Source: Parcubacteria group bacterium (lineage in GTDB: Bacteria; Patescibacteriota; Minisyncoccia; UBA6257; JACRHW01). Taken from it: a stretch of DNA of 64,000 nucleotides. The translations under genes and the position numbers were made by a program. This document shows positions 21,153 to 35,008 of this stretch, in pieces (the first letter of the stretch is position 1; the number at the start of each line of letters is the position of its first letter). Location of the stretch: assembly GCA_016217555.1 (NCBI GenBank), contig JACRHW010000023.1, positions 64,466 through 128,465 on the forward strand, read 5' to 3'. The notes beneath the pieces are model-generated. The model had not been told where the DNA came from and did no database searches. It worked only from the letters and a program-made list of their open reading frames with translations.

Positions 21153-21381
21153 GGATAACTACCTCCCCTTGCTCATGTACCTCCAAGAACCCAGAGGTAA
21201 TTTTTATTATAGATTCTTTTTCAGATGTGTCAACGAGACGCACTATGGGTCCCACGAGCCTGGAAACCAGAGGAATGTGATGGTTTAAAATGGTAACCTC
21301 GCCTACCGTTGTTGTGGTAGTAAGTTGCTTGATGTCCCCCTCAAACAGAGTGCCTTGTAATGTGTAAATACCTAATTTCAT
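21142..21381 (-). CDS. atpC: ATP synthase epsilon (N-terminal domain only)
   Basis: GEVTILNHHIPLVS, SGFLEV; position in operon. Confidence 0.9.
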   Translation of the reverse strand: MKLGIYTLQGTLFEGDIKQLTTTTTVGEVTILNHHIPLVSRLVGPIVRLVDTSEKESIIKITSGFLEVHEQGEVVILAE

Positions 21382-21494
21382 AAACTCAAAAATCAAAACG
21401 CAAAACTGCAACGCAAAACGAAAAACTAACTACATGATTCAAATAGTTTTGACTTTTAAGTTGTAGTTTTGACTTTTGCATTTTAAGTTTTGAA
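21382..21494. repeat. CAAAACG/TTTTGA heptamer hairpin element, copy 1
   Basis: Homologous to 53872-53986; fills the whole atpD-atpC gap. Confidence 0.85.
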
Positions 21495-23809
<2,315 letters not shown>

Positions 23810-23842
23810 TTTTTAGGTATTAGTTTATTAGCTTTTAGTATG

Positions 23843-25378
23843 TTAGGAACGAGAAACGCTAAAAAAATCTTCCAAAGCTACTTTAAGTTTTTCCTCAATC
23901 TCTTTTGAGATTTCACCAGAAGACTGTATCACACCTAGAACAGTATCATTGTGCATGGTTTCCATATAGTCCAATAAATCATTCCCCTTCTTCACCACTT
24001 CGCTTGGTGGTGTAGTATCAAAATGTCCATGTATTGCTGCATAAAACAAAACTACTTGTTTTTCAAATGAAACGGGGTCCATCTCTGGTTGTTTCAAAAC
24101 TTCAATAAGCACTCTCCCGCGCTCAATACGCTTTCGTGTTGATTCATCAAGCTCTGATGCAAACTGTGTGAACGCAGCAAGCTCTCTAAATTGTGCAAGC
24201 TCTAGGCGAAGCTTTCCTGCAACCTTCTTCATTGCCTTTGTTTGAGCAGCAGAACCCACACGTGAAACTGAAAGACCCGCATTCACGGCAGGACGAATAC
24301 CTTGATAAAACAACTCGGGCTCTAAATAAATCTGACCATCCGTAATAGAAATAACATTGGTAGGAATATAGGCTGATACATCACCAAGTTGAGTTTCAAT
24401 AATAGGAAGCGCCGTTAAAGACCCTCCTCCTTTTTCCCTACTTAACTTTGCAGCACGTTCCAAAAGACGCGAGTGAACATAAAAAATATCTCCCGGATAC
24501 GCCTCACGTCCTGGCGGACGACGCAAAAGAAGTGAAAGCTCACGATATGCCCATGCGTGTTTTGAAAGATCGTCATAAATAATAAGCGCATCTTTCCCTT
24601 TATGCATAAAATACTCTCCAATAGCCGTTGCACTATAAGGAGCGAGGAACCACAACGATGCAGGAGAAGATGCCGGCGCAGACACCACAATGGTATACTC
24701 CATAGCGCCCTGCTCCTTAAGTCTCGCAACAATCTTTGCTACCTTAGATTCTTTTTGTCCAATAGCAACATAAATACAAATCGGTGTAGGATATCGTGTG
24801 TCCTTACCCTGATTGATAATAGTATCGATGGCGATAGAAGTTTTTCCAATCTGGCGATCTCCAATAATAAGTTCACGCTGTCCGCGCCCTACAGGGATCA
24901 TGCTATCAATAGCTTTGATACCAGTATGAAGCGGAGTATTTACTGACTCACGATCTAATACAGAAGGGGCGACACGCTCAACAGGATAATAAAGCTCTTT
25001 TGATTTTGTTCCAAAAATAGGACCATGTTCATCCTGTTGATTCCCTAGTGGATCGACGACACGCCCAATAAGTTCATCACCAACTCTCATAGAAAGAACA
25101 CGCCCTGTAGGTTTCACAACATCCCCCTCTTTTACCTTTGTAGAATCTCCGAGAACGATTGCCCCCACAAGATCCTCCTCGAGATTAAAGGCAATTCCTA
25201 CCACCTCGCCTCCTGACGTTTCGATGAGCAACATCTCCTGTGACCCAACTTCTGAAATACCCGAGATCTTAGCAATACCATCACCCACCTCAAGCACACG
25301 ACCCATCTTTTCGGCTTTAATTTCATGCTTAAATCCTTCAATTTCTTTCTTAAGATTTTCGATGATGGAGTCCTTCAT
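23843..25378 (-). CDS. atpA: ATP synthase alpha
   Basis: [17 protein letters not shown]. Confidence 0.99.
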   Translation of the reverse strand: MKDSIIENLKKEIEGFKHEIKAEKMGRVLEVGDGIAKISGISEVGSQEMLLIETSGGEVVGIAFNLEEDLVGAIVLGDSTKVKEGDVVKPTGRVLSMRVGDELIGRVVDPLGNQQDEHGPIFGTKSKELYYPVERVAPSVLDRESVNTPLHTGIKAIDSMIPVGRGQRELIIGDRQIGKTSIAIDTIINQGKDTRYPTPICIYVAIGQKESKVAKIVARLKEQGAMEYTIVVSAPASSPASLWFLAPYSATAIGEYFMHKGKDALIIYDDLSKHAWAYRELSLLLRRPPGREAYPGDIFYVHSRLLERAAKLSREKGGGSLTALPIIETQLGDVSAYIPTNVISITDGQIYLEPELFYQGIRPAVNAGLSVSRVGSAAQTKAMKKVAGKLRLELAQFRELAAFTQFASELDESTRKRIERGRVLIEVLKQPEMDPVSFEKQVVLFYAAIHGHFDTTPPSEVVKKGNDLLDYMETMHNDTVLGVIQSSGEISKEIEEKLKVALEDFFSVSRS

Positions 25379-25379
25379 G

Positions 25380-25757
25380 TTATTTAAAAAGTTTTACTAA
25401 CTGATTTTTTATACTTGCATCAATAAACGTCTCATCGTCAACACAGATAGTGACCCCTCCCACAAGCGACGCATCAACACACTCCTTTGCGATCACACCA
25501 TGAGACACCATAGCAAGAATTTGTTTTTTTGTTGAAACGCTAAGCGGTGTTACGCTTTCTACTTCTATTTTGTGTGCACCCTGTTGTTTATAATATTCTC
25601 TTTCTACTTCGCGCATAATTCCGTGCAAACGAGGCATATCTCCATTTTTCCGGATGGTCGTTAAAAAATGCCCCATCATTTTTTTCTGATCTTTTTCTCC
25701 TCTCCCCTCCGTTGCAGCAAAAAATGCTTGCGCGTATTGCTTGGCAGTAGATTTCAT
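25380..25757 (-). CDS. atpH: ATP synthase delta
   Basis: [13 protein letters not shown]...IDASI; position in operon. Confidence 0.85.
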   Translation of the reverse strand: MKSTAKQYAQAFFAATEGRGEKDQKKMMGHFLTTIRKNGDMPRLHGIMREVEREYYKQQGAHKIEVESVTPLSVSTKKQILAMVSHGVIAKECVDASLVGGVTICVDDETFIDASIKNQLVKLFK

Positions 25758-25761
25758 AATG

Positions 25762-26274
25762 CTATCTCTTAGTTACACCCTTAAGTTCTACGAGAGCTTT
25801 TTCTATAAGTTTTCCATCACGCACCTCTGCGGGAATTTCTTGTAACACCTTAAAAATGCCGTCACGCACAAGCGACTCTGTTTCATTATAGAGTGAATCT
25901 TTCATCTTAAGTTTCTCCTCCTGTATGAGCCGCTTCGCCTCTACAATAGCCGCCTCCGTTTTTCGAGTAGTCTCCTCACGAATTGTTTCTCCCCTTTCAT
26001 GTGCGGTTTTTTCTGCTTCACTTACAATCTGCAGCGCATCTTTTTTTGCATTCGCCAACACATCCTCTCGCAACTCTTGTGTATGCTTAAGCTGCTCCTC
26101 TGCGTCCTTTGAAAACTGTAACCCTTTTTCAATTTCTTGTTTTCTCTTACGAAGGATTTCAAGTACTGGCTTGTACACAAAAGCCCTGAGTACCAAAAGA
26201 AGAATAGAAAAATTTACCACCTGCGCAAGGAGTAGTTTCCAATCGATCCCAAAATGTGTAATAAATTCTTCCAT
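25762..26274 (-). CDS. atpF: ATP synthase subunit b
   Basis: GIDWKLLLAQVVNF TM followed by coiled coil. Confidence 0.93.
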   Translation of the reverse strand: MEEFITHFGIDWKLLLAQVVNFSILLLVLRAFVYKPVLEILRKRKQEIEKGLQFSKDAEEQLKHTQELREDVLANAKKDALQIVSEAEKTAHERGETIREETTRKTEAAIVEAKRLIQEEKLKMKDSLYNETESLVRDGIFKVLQEIPAEVRDGKLIEKALVELKGVTKR

Positions 26275-26346
26275 TAGTACTTAGTACTCAGGGCCTAGTG
26301 CTTAGAGAATTATTTTTCGTACTAATTTCTAAGTCCTAAGAACTTT

Positions 26347-26956
<610 letters not shown>

Positions 26957-27029
26957 AATTCTAGCTTTCACCTCATAGCTCTTATCGTTAATCCGTTCTG
27001 ACAGCTATCAGCTAAAAGCTATAAGCTCG

Positions 27030-27755
27030 TTAATGATGTGTAGTGGCGAGGCTTATAAACACCGTCGTAAGCATCGCAAACACAAGCGCCTGAATAAATC
27101 CTACAAAGAGCTCCAAACCCAAGAATGGAACAGGCACCACATAGGGTGCCAAAAACGCCATAATAATAAGGAGCACCTCACCAGCAAACACGTTCCCAAA
27201 CAACCTGAATGAGAACGATATCATCTTAGCAATTTCTGAAATAAATTCAAGGATTCCCACAAAGAAATCGATAGGGCTCTTAAAAGTAAAGAACTTCCCA
27301 AAATGCTTCTTCGCTCCAATCGCTCCGATCCCTATAACGTGTACAGAAAACAAGGCAATAAGAGCAAGAGCTAATGTAGTATTAAGGTCACTCGCCCCCG
27401 ACCTCAAAAACGGCACAAACACCTTACCCCCCTCCTTCATCTCAAAAAAACCAAGAGATCCTACTCCAGGAACAATACCTAACCAGTTTGAGGTAAGTAC
27501 AAACAAGAAAATAGTGCCGATAATCGGGAGATATTTCTCCGCCTCATGGCGCGAGCCAAACACTCCACTCATCATACTAAGCAATCCCTCCACTACGACT
27601 TCAATAACATTCTGAAGAAACGAAGGCACAAGACTCTTTCCTTTTAACACAACCATTCCCACCACCAACCAAATCAAAAGAACCACCCACGCAGAAAGCA
27701 ATGTGTTCGTCACAAATCCAAAAATATGTTCCGCAGCAATTTCAATATGAGGCAT
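27030..27755 (-). CDS. atpB: ATP synthase subunit a
   Basis: SFSFRLFGNVFAGE, IQALVFAML. Confidence 0.97.
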   Translation of the reverse strand: MPHIEIAAEHIFGFVTNTLLSAWVVLLIWLVVGMVVLKGKSLVPSFLQNVIEVVVEGLLSMMSGVFGSRHEAEKYLPIIGTIFLFVLTSNWLGIVPGVGSLGFFEMKEGGKVFVPFLRSGASDLNTTLALALIALFSVHVIGIGAIGAKKHFGKFFTFKSPIDFFVGILEFISEIAKMISFSFRLFGNVFAGEVLLIIMAFLAPYVVPVPFLGLELFVGFIQALVFAMLTTVFISLATTHH

Positions 27756-28015
27756 GTATTAGCTGTTAGCTTATAGCTTTTAGGAATTAGGGACGCGCCA
27801 TCAAATAATCCGACCCTCAATAGCGCCTGAGCTTGTCGAAGGCCCACCTTAATGTCTCTAACTTGTACCATATTTTTAAGTACTTTTTCAAGAGAACATA
27901 GAGTATCAACTCACACCCCAATAATTGGTGGTATGCCGCGACATAGCACCCAAAAAAAGAAAAACCCCGCAGTGCGAGGATTGAGCTTTTTACTTCACAG
28001 TCTCAACGAAAAAGA

Positions 28016-28561
28016 TCAGATAGCTTTTGAACAACAAACAACGCGCCACATTTTATGAATCTTCCCTTCAATATCATAATCCTCGCCCTCATAAAAAACT
28101 TCCCCCACAAAATGTCCTTCACATGGATAATAATAAAATGTTGCACGAGCCTCAGCAGCACAAGATGCGGAAGTAAAATGGCAATGATTGGCACCAGGTG
28201 GATTCTCGTTTATAGACCATTTCCTCCCATCACCGGCAACGTAAATCCATTTATCCTTAGAAACAGAATGATTATCGTCTCTTCCATCAAAAATAATACC
28301 ACCCGTTGAGACCTCTGACGGTTCCTCTGATTGTGCAATCTCTTGAGATTGGTTTGATACAATACCAATCTGGTTCCAACCATATTCACCCACCACCCCC
28401 ACCGTGAGGAAAAAAAGGACAATAGCGGTATATTTAAGTGTCGTCGTATTTCGAGAAAGACGACTCATCCAAAGCATCCACAAAGGAACCTTTCCTATAA
28501 TAATATCTTTTTGGTCTGCCTCGGGAAGAAAATGCATCCATCCCCATCGCTTGTCACTCAT
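28016..28561 (-). CDS. hypothetical membrane-anchored protein with Cys-containing C-domain
   Basis: TTGACA promoter, GAGGTG SD, single TM. Confidence 0.6.
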   Translation of the reverse strand: MSDKRWGWMHFLPEADQKDIIIGKVPLWMLWMSRLSRNTTTLKYTAIVLFFLTVGVVGEYGWNQIGIVSNQSQEIAQSEEPSEVSTGGIIFDGRDDNHSVSKDKWIYVAGDGRKWSINENPPGANHCHFTSASCAAEARATFYYYPCEGHFVGEVFYEGEDYDIEGKIHKMWRVVCCSKAI

Positions 28562-28634
28562 TTACTACACCTCTTTCTTGTGTTTATGTGCTGGATCAAC
28601 TATACCAGTTTTTGTGATTCTGTCAATACCTTCT

Positions 28635-29810
28635 TCAAAAATCGGGATAGGTGTTACTTGGACTCCACAACATATATCCTGCTTTTAAACCATTATCCGT
28701 AAGTGCCTTAATCTGCTTTCGTATCATAGAGCCGTCATATACCGCACCAATGTTAAACACCTGAAGCCATGGACGTATTTTTGCTCTTTCCCCTATGGGT
28801 ACCGTTGATGACGTCATTTTCTTTTCCGCCTCCTTGAGTGAATAATCGATGATCTCATAGGGATGTTCTGCTGGGTTGTTATATCCCGCAAACCCGTCTA
28901 TATAATGCGAGGGATACACCATCGGTGCTATGGCATCAAAATAAGGGAGCGCATCTTCAAACTTTTGACCTATTCCCATATCATCTTTATTTACTAACGT
29001 CTGACCAAACATATCACCAGAAATAGTGATGTCGCTTCCATTAAAATTCGAAGAAAGGAAATGAAAAAAAGAAGTAATTACCTCTTCGCGTGACGTTTTT
29101 TTATCCCAATAGGGGTAGGAAATTCCATTCAAACTTCCATCGGAGGGAAAACGAATATAATCAAAATTAATCTCATCGAACCCAGCCCGTGAGGCGGCCC
29201 TTGCAACATGCACAAGATAGGACCAATATTCTTTTGATGCGGGATCAAGCCAGTAATTATGTTTTTTATCTTGCCACAAAGCCCCTCCACTTATATGATG
29301 GAGAGCTTGTCCGGGATGTTGTTTTGCATACACATTATCGGGAAAGGCGACAACCCGCCCAATAAGATAAAAACCTTGCTCACGTAATTTTGCTATTATA
29401 GCAGGACCTCGTTTTACAAGATATGAAGTCGAAGCAACGTCTGCATCTCCGTAGGTATCATATTCTCCAAGAGGGAAAAAAAGCATCCCCTCCGTCTCTT
29501 TTACATCAATAACAAATGCGTTAATATCATTCTTCTTCGCATACGCAATAAGTTGATCAAGCTTATGTGCTGTTGCTGCGGTATACATAGTCATATACAC
29601 TGCTCGAACGGAATCTAATTTTCTCGGAAGCATCGGCACTGATACAGCAATAGGCTCTGTATTATCAGTACTCGAAGCATCTTGAGCATCAAGCACAATA
29701 TCCCCTGTAAGCGCAGAAAGACTTTTGAACGATGCGTCACGATGCAAAGAAAACAGATAAACAACGCCAAAAACAAAAATCAAACAAAAAAATATTTTAC
29801 GATAATGCAT
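28635..29810 (-). CDS. putative glycoside hydrolase (DUF4015-like)
   Basis: VIDVK, GFDEINFDYIRFP, PMVYPSHY, RPWLQ. Confidence 0.85.
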   Translation of the reverse strand: MHYRKIFFCLIFVFGVVYLFSLHRDASFKSLSALTGDIVLDAQDASSTDNTEPIAVSVPMLPRKLDSVRAVYMTMYTAATAHKLDQLIAYAKKNDINAFVIDVKETEGMLFFPLGEYDTYGDADVASTSYLVKRGPAIIAKLREQGFYLIGRVVAFPDNVYAKQHPGQALHHISGGALWQDKKHNYWLDPASKEYWSYLVHVARAASRAGFDEINFDYIRFPSDGSLNGISYPYWDKKTSREEVITSFFHFLSSNFNGSDITISGDMFGQTLVNKDDMGIGQKFEDALPYFDAIAPMVYPSHYIDGFAGYNNPAEHPYEIIDYSLKEAEKKMTSSTVPIGERAKIRPWLQVFNIGAVYDGSMIRKQIKALTDNGLKAGYMLWSPSNTYPDF

Positions 29811-29908
29811 GAATGAGATATCTTCATCTCTAGTCTACGCCGAAGACCATCTTCCCACAATCTGTGTATTCATGACCAATAATCACATACGGATCAGAAG
29901 CAATGCCA

Positions 29909-30079
29909 CCGAACTGCTGTGGTATGTATTTCGAACCATTCCGCAGGTGCGGAGCTGGGTGTTGTCAATCCTGATCCGCCGGCTGGCGGAGAATTGGATT
30001 GACAACGAAGCGCCTGCGGATGAGTGAGGATACCGCTGGGTATCTGAACATGTGAGGAATACATACCACGGTAGTTCGG
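29909..30079 (+). repeat. ~170-bp multi-stem palindromic element (CCGCAGG...CCTGCGG family), copy 1
   Basis: Core homologous to 61868-62039; long terminal IR. Confidence 0.9.
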
Positions 30080-30129
30080 CATATGACTATAACTTTGATC
30101 TTTGGTGAATCTTAATATAAAGTGGATAT

Positions 30130-31206
30130 ATGTCACATGTATTCTATCGAAAATATCGACCCAAAACATTTCGCGAGGTAAGCGGGCAGGAGTTTATTGT
30201 AAAAGTACTTCAAGAGGCCGTGCACAGAGAAATGATAAGCCATGCCTATCTTCTTGCAGGACCACGTGGTACGGGAAAAACTACGCTTGCGCGTATTCTC
30301 GCAAAGGCATTGAACTGTCTTAAACCCAAACAAGGTAATCCGTGTGGATTGTGTGAAAATTGCACTTCAATAGAAAAAGGATTTTTTGTAGATGTTGTTG
30401 AGATGGATGCCGCCTCACACAGAGGAATCGATGAAATACGACAAATCAAAGAGGCGGTTGAGTTTCAACCCATGCACTCACAATATAAAATATATATTAT
30501 TGATGAAGCACACATGCTTACCAAAGAGGCGTGCAATGCACTCTTAAAAATCCTCGAAGAGCCCCCACGCTACGTCGTATTCATCCTCGCCACCACCGAA
30601 CCAGAAAAAATGATTCCCACGGTCCTCTCTCGTGTGCAACGCTTTGATTTCAAAAAACTTACGTTCAAAGAAGTACGCCAGAAACTTACCCGTATCATAA
30701 AAGAAGAAAGCCTTACTATCCCCGATGATGCCCTTACTCACATTTGCTATCTTGCCGAAGGCTGTCTTCGCGATGCCGAGATGATGCTTGATCAGGTTGC
30801 TCATATCGATCTTACCGAACATAATATCCAAACTATTTTTAACAGGCCTAGTACAGTAAAGATGATGCAGCTCTTGCACGCCATCGCAACACGCAACCCT
30901 TCTACATCCCTCGCTGAACTTACAGAATTTGAAGTGTCGTCCATTCCTCCTGTCCATTTTCTTCGTGATCTTCTCTCTCTTGCAAGAAAAGTAACACTGC
31001 TAAAACTACACAAGGACGCACCGGCCATACTTTCTAAGGAGATGAGTAAAGAGGACATCGCAACACTCACCCTCCTTGCAGAACAATTTGAACTCAACCA
31101 CCTCACAACACTTATTCAAAATCTCATCGAATCTAGAAAAAACATCTACTATTCCCCCATCCCATTTCTTCCCATCGAATTGGCAATCATACAATCTCTT
31201 TCTTAA
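30130..31206 (+). CDS. dnaX: DNA polymerase III gamma/tau
   Basis: YRKYRP, GPRGTGKTT, DAAS, IIDEAHML. Confidence 0.96.
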   Translation: MSHVFYRKYRPKTFREVSGQEFIVKVLQEAVHREMISHAYLLAGPRGTGKTTLARILAKALNCLKPKQGNPCGLCENCTSIEKGFFVDVVEMDAASHRGIDEIRQIKEAVEFQPMHSQYKIYIIDEAHMLTKEACNALLKILEEPPRYVVFILATTEPEKMIPTVLSRVQRFDFKKLTFKEVRQKLTRIIKEESLTIPDDALTHICYLAEGCLRDAEMMLDQVAHIDLTEHNIQTIFNRPSTVKMMQLLHAIATRNPSTSLAELTEFEVSSIPPVHFLRDLLSLARKVTLLKLHKDAPAILSKEMSKEDIATLTLLAEQFELNHLTTLIQNLIESRKNIYYSPIPFLPIELAIIQSLS

Positions 31207-31343
31207 CCCAAAAAATTATCCAGCTAGCGATCACAAAAGCTTAAAACGCCCCTACCCCTAATGGGGTGGGACGGAGTTTACTTTTTTGTGATGGTATACT
31301 CTAATACCTAAAGTACATTGAAAAAATAAGGAGACTGAGAAAA

Positions 31344-32135
31344 ATGGAAATACGACCAAACAAGCCCATCACACCAGCACAAAACGAAAATTCAACCCCA
31401 AAATCACCAAAAAACAACGCATCAGAAGAAAAACGTGTTGAAACGACGACAACAGAAGAATCACATTTGCGCGAGGTATTCGGTGAAAGATTTTTTGGAT
31501 CTGACGATTGGAAACATTCCTTTGGTATATCACTTTCTCGTGAACAACTAGCAAATATCCCACGTTTCCCGTGGAGCAACGCCCACCTTAACCAACCATG
31601 CCCGTTTACGCCAGGTGCACGCGTCCGCGATACCCACATGGCATTTCTTGGGATTGACCACCATACTGTCTTATTTTTTAAATTTTCGGTAACCATAAAT
31701 CTCCTTTCCGGATTGCGTGGATTTCACTACCAACCAAGAATTTCTATTTCTAGCTCATTCCAACATCAAAATCCAAATTTCACCTCCCAAGAAAATTTGC
31801 AATATCGATGGTATCTTGCTCCACTTCAGCCTCCACATTACTCATATACAATACCTAACGATGCAATTGCACAACTTCCAAGACGGTATTCACTTTCTTC
31901 AACGCTCGTGGAAACCACAAAACTCTTTCTTTATTATGCAAAGAATGGTATCTATCCGCGCACAAATACACTTTCATTCACATCAGACGAGTTTTCTCAT
32001 AATTCACGCGTCCTCGTTGGTGTACAAGATAATGCAATCCGTCTCAGTACTACTCACTATCGTCCCAATAACTTTTCTATCACAACAGCCTGTACCCTTA
32101 ATCCACCACGAAAGGAGGTAAACACATGGGCATAA
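31344..32135 (+). CDS. hypothetical protein
   Basis: 263-aa ORF. Confidence 0.6.
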   Translation: MEIRPNKPITPAQNENSTPKSPKNNASEEKRVETTTTEESHLREVFGERFFGSDDWKHSFGISLSREQLANIPRFPWSNAHLNQPCPFTPGARVRDTHMAFLGIDHHTVLFFKFSVTINLLSGLRGFHYQPRISISSSFQHQNPNFTSQENLQYRWYLAPLQPPHYSYTIPNDAIAQLPRRYSLSSTLVETTKLFLYYAKNGIYPRTNTLSFTSDEFSHNSRVLVGVQDNAIRLSTTHYRPNNFSITTACTLNPPRKEVNTWA

Positions 32136-32530
32136 ACATTTATTTTCTCGTAGGATATATCGTCTGTGGAATTCTTGCTTACGGAATTCAAAAAAACAAC
32201 TGGCGCCAATTTTTTGTAACACTTGAATTCGTAGGATATGATATTACTGCGGAACTTATGTGTATTACGTGCGGGCTTCTTGGGTATTATGGATTTATCA
32301 TAATCCTTGGAACGGTTCTTATGGATAGGTTTATGTTCGACATTAAACTCAAACCTGGTCTCTGCTATAAAATGCCGAAAGAACTTCTCAACTCTACAAG
32401 AAAAACAGTACCTGAAGAAAAGTGGAAACAATTAGAGGATAAGATAACTGAACTAGAACAAGAAGTACAAAAAGAAATACAACGATTAAAAGAATTTCCA
32501 CCTTCTCAACGACCCATCGGTCGAGGATAA
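32126..32530 (+). CDS. hypothetical 2-TM protein with C-terminal coiled coil
   Basis: AAGGAGGT SD; terminator at about 32541-32565. Confidence 0.6.
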   Translation: MGINIYFLVGYIVCGILAYGIQKNNWRQFFVTLEFVGYDITAELMCITCGLLGYYGFIIILGTVLMDRFMFDIKLKPGLCYKMPKELLNSTRKTVPEEKWKQLEDKITELEQEVQKEIQRLKEFPPSQRPIGRG

Positions 32531-32600
32531 CCCTCACCACAACCGCCTCTCTCAGCGGTCTTTTATTTTTCTAAACATCCTTTATCATGATTACAGGCAG

Positions 32601-32738
32601 TGCAAAATCGAAGATTAAAATGAGCCCTCAAGGGGGAGTCAGGTGTTATCGCTATTTATGGTGAGCTTGTCGAATCCATGATAGGGGGACTGTAGGGGTC
32701 TCCCTCTTGTAGGCGAACTTTTAATCTTCGGTCTTGCA
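32601..32738. repeat. 138-bp long imperfect hairpin with a REP-like unit at its apex
   Basis: TGCAAAATCGAAGATTAAAA/TTTTAATCTTCGGTCTTGCA and inner CAAGGGGGAG/CTCCCTCTTG. Confidence 0.7.
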
Positions 32739-32801
32739 TACCAAATCCACACGTTGACTCAATAAAACAAAAAAACTAAACTATAAGTACTTAACAATTT
32801 A

Positions 32802-32894
32802 ATTATCAAGAGTGTGGCGAGAGTTCTAGCTCTGTGACCCACCAGCAACTTGTCTCAAAGATAAAGTGCTTCTAGCCCTAATGGGAAAGATAAT
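32802..32894 (+). ncRNA. SAM-I (S-box) riboswitch
   Basis: P1 ATTATC/GATAAT, ATCAAGAG, CAGCAAC...GTGCT, CTAG/CTAG pseudoknot, AAAGAT; lies upstream of metK. Confidence 0.9.
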
Positions 32895-32904
32895 CGTCGC
32901 ACAT

Positions 32905-32931
32905 CATCTCTCCCGCAAGGAGGGTGTTTTT
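32905..32931 (+). terminator. riboswitch-controlled intrinsic terminator
   Basis: CATCTCTCC-CGCAA-GGAGGGTG followed by a T tract. Confidence 0.7.
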
Positions 32932-32952
32932 ATTATTACTAACCATTACAAC

Positions 32953-34002
32953 ATGTTTATACCAACAACCTATACTGTAGAAAGTGTTACCTCAGGTCAT
33001 CCTGACAAAGTGTGCGATCAGATTTCAGATGCGTCACTCGACGCATGCCTCAAAGAAGATCCAAAAAGTCGTGTCGCCGTAGAAGCCTTTGGCGGTCATG
33101 GCCATCTTGTGATAGGAGGTGAGGTTACCTCAAAAGCAACAGTCAATTATGCAGAGCTTGCCAGAAATTTATATAGAGACATTGGCTATGATGATGCGCT
33201 TGATATAGCTGTCTATGTAGCACAACAATCCCCTGACATCTCGCAAGGTGTCGATACGGGTGGTGCAGGAGACCAGGGCATCATGTATGGCTATGCAACA
33301 GATGAGACGCCCGAGCATCTTCCTGCTGGGATTGTTCTCGTGCATAAACTTACTAAAGGGCTTGAGGATCTACGCAAAAATAAAATAGTCTCATGGCTTA
33401 AACCCGATGGAAAGGCACAGGTAACAATGCAAGACAATCGCCTCACTACCATCCTTGTAAGCACAGAGCACGATGAATCAGTTACCCAAGATGAGATTAG
33501 AAAAACAATTTCGGAGAAACTTATTACACCGCTTGGTGTTGATCCGAACTCAATAGAACTTTTTGTAAATCCTACGGGGAAATTTGTGATGGGTGGTTTC
33601 GAAGCAGATACCGGACTTACTGGACGAAAAATAATGGTAGACACCTACGGTGGTCTTATCCAACATGGGGGTGGGTGCTTCTCAGGAAAAGATCCAACAA
33701 AAGTAGATCGCTCAGCAGCCTATATGTGCCGATTCGTTGCAAAAAACATTGTCGCAAACAAGCTTGCAAAAACGTGTTTTGTCTCTGTTGCCTATGCCAT
33801 TGGCCACGCAGAACCCCTTATGATTTACGCTGCCGATGAAACAGGAAAAGACCTGAGCGTAATCGCAAAAGAAAAATTTGATTTTCGCCCACAGGCAATC
33901 ATCGAACGCCTCAACCTTCGCCGCCCTATTTATCTCCAAACCGCTACCTATGGCCACTTTGGAAAACAAGGCCTCCCCTGGGAAGAAATAATTACGATAT
34001 AG
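32953..34002 (+). CDS. metK: S-adenosylmethionine synthetase
   Basis: ESVTSGHPDKVCDQ, GAGDQG, GGGCFSGKDPTKVDRS. Confidence 0.98.
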   Translation: MFIPTTYTVESVTSGHPDKVCDQISDASLDACLKEDPKSRVAVEAFGGHGHLVIGGEVTSKATVNYAELARNLYRDIGYDDALDIAVYVAQQSPDISQGVDTGGAGDQGIMYGYATDETPEHLPAGIVLVHKLTKGLEDLRKNKIVSWLKPDGKAQVTMQDNRLTTILVSTEHDESVTQDEIRKTISEKLITPLGVDPNSIELFVNPTGKFVMGGFEADTGLTGRKIMVDTYGGLIQHGGGCFSGKDPTKVDRSAAYMCRFVAKNIVANKLAKTCFVSVAYAIGHAEPLMIYAADETGKDLSVIAKEKFDFRPQAIIERLNLRRPIYLQTATYGHFGKQGLPWEEIITI

Positions 34003-34018
34003 TTTCCACCCCTTCTTC

Positions 34019-34224
34019 CGTCATTCCCGCGATTTATAGTGAGCTTAGTCGAACCAAGGCGGGAATCCAGTCGTTCTGTCATCCTGAGACATCAGGCGAA
34101 GGATCTCTCGAAATGACAAAAGACGAAAGTATCAGCTCACAAGACTGAGTAAGCGAGTATTCACCATATAGTCCCTGAGCTTGTCGAAGGGTTTCCTTAT
34201 GGTAGGCCTTCGATACACTCAGGC
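34019..34224. repeat. cluster of CGTC-type REP-like palindromes
   Basis: CGTCATTCCCGCG...GCGGGAATCC, GTCATCCTGAG...CGAAGGATCT and a CCTGAG doublet. Confidence 0.85.
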
Positions 34225-34326
34225 ATTATCTATTTTTTTACTCAAAGTTGTGAGCTGATACAGACGAAAACCTTGCATAAAAAAGTGGTTTGTGGTATTA
34301 TATGCACAGCACATCGTGAACCCACG

Positions 34327-34506
34327 ATGTTGAAAGCGGTGAAGGAGGTGGCACACTACAAGGAACAGGTTTCGAATCAGGAGATTGGCGGGGCGGGCGT
34401 GAAGAAATTTGCGAAGCGTGAGATGAATCGCGCCATGCGTCGTAAGGCACGTCGCGATCCTGAAAATGCTCCTCGCAAGAAGAGCTATTATGGATATATC
34501 ACGTAG
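34327..34506 (+). CDS. small basic hypothetical protein (start uncertain)
   Basis: GC-rich ORF, TTGCAT promoter, terminator at about 34515-34541. Confidence 0.5.
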   Translation: MLKAVKEVAHYKEQVSNQEIGGAGVKKFAKREMNRAMRRKARRDPENAPRKKSYYGYIT

Positions 34507-34529
34507 TAAAACAAAAAACCTAGCACGCG

Positions 34530-34982
34530 CTAGGATTTTTTCTTTTCCGCCGCCTTCTTTTTTGCTTCATCTATATCCCGTATCACCCTATCAATTTCTT
34601 CTTGTGACAATACTGTCCGTTCTAATCCACGCTGATCAATATCGCCAAGACGAATATTGGGAATAATATGATAGTGAAGATGCCCCACGCTCTTCCCCGC
34701 ATCCATCCCCTCTCGTACAAGAATGGAACAATACCCATATCCACATTCATACAACAACTCTACTGCTTCTCGAAGGAGTGAAGAAATTCCAATATTTTCT
34801 TTTTCATTTAATTCCAAAAATGATTCTGTGTGTCGCTTTGGAATAACAAGAAGATGGTGATCACGATAAGGAGCAGTCGCGTAGGTAAGAAAAGCCTCAT
34901 CGTTTTCAGAAAGAAACTTATTATATCCATTACAAAATGGACACTCCTTCAACCCCTCAAGAAAATCTTTATAAAAAATCAT
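34530..34982 (-). CDS. HIT family hydrolase
   Basis: CPFC, HLLVIPKRH, HLHYH triad. Confidence 0.9.
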   Translation of the reverse strand: MIFYKDFLEGLKECPFCNGYNKFLSENDEAFLTYATAPYRDHHLLVIPKRHTESFLELNEKENIGISSLLREAVELLYECGYGYCSILVREGMDAGKSVGHLHYHIIPNIRLGDIDQRGLERTVLSQEEIDRVIRDIDEAKKKAAEKKKS

Positions 34983-35008
34983 ATTTTTTCTATTTTAAAA
35001 TACATATT

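Noticed and set aside
32601-32738. 6S RNA
   Set aside because: The hairpin is shorter than typical 6S, lacks a clear central bubble, and carries a REP unit at its apex. A palindromic element is the better reading.
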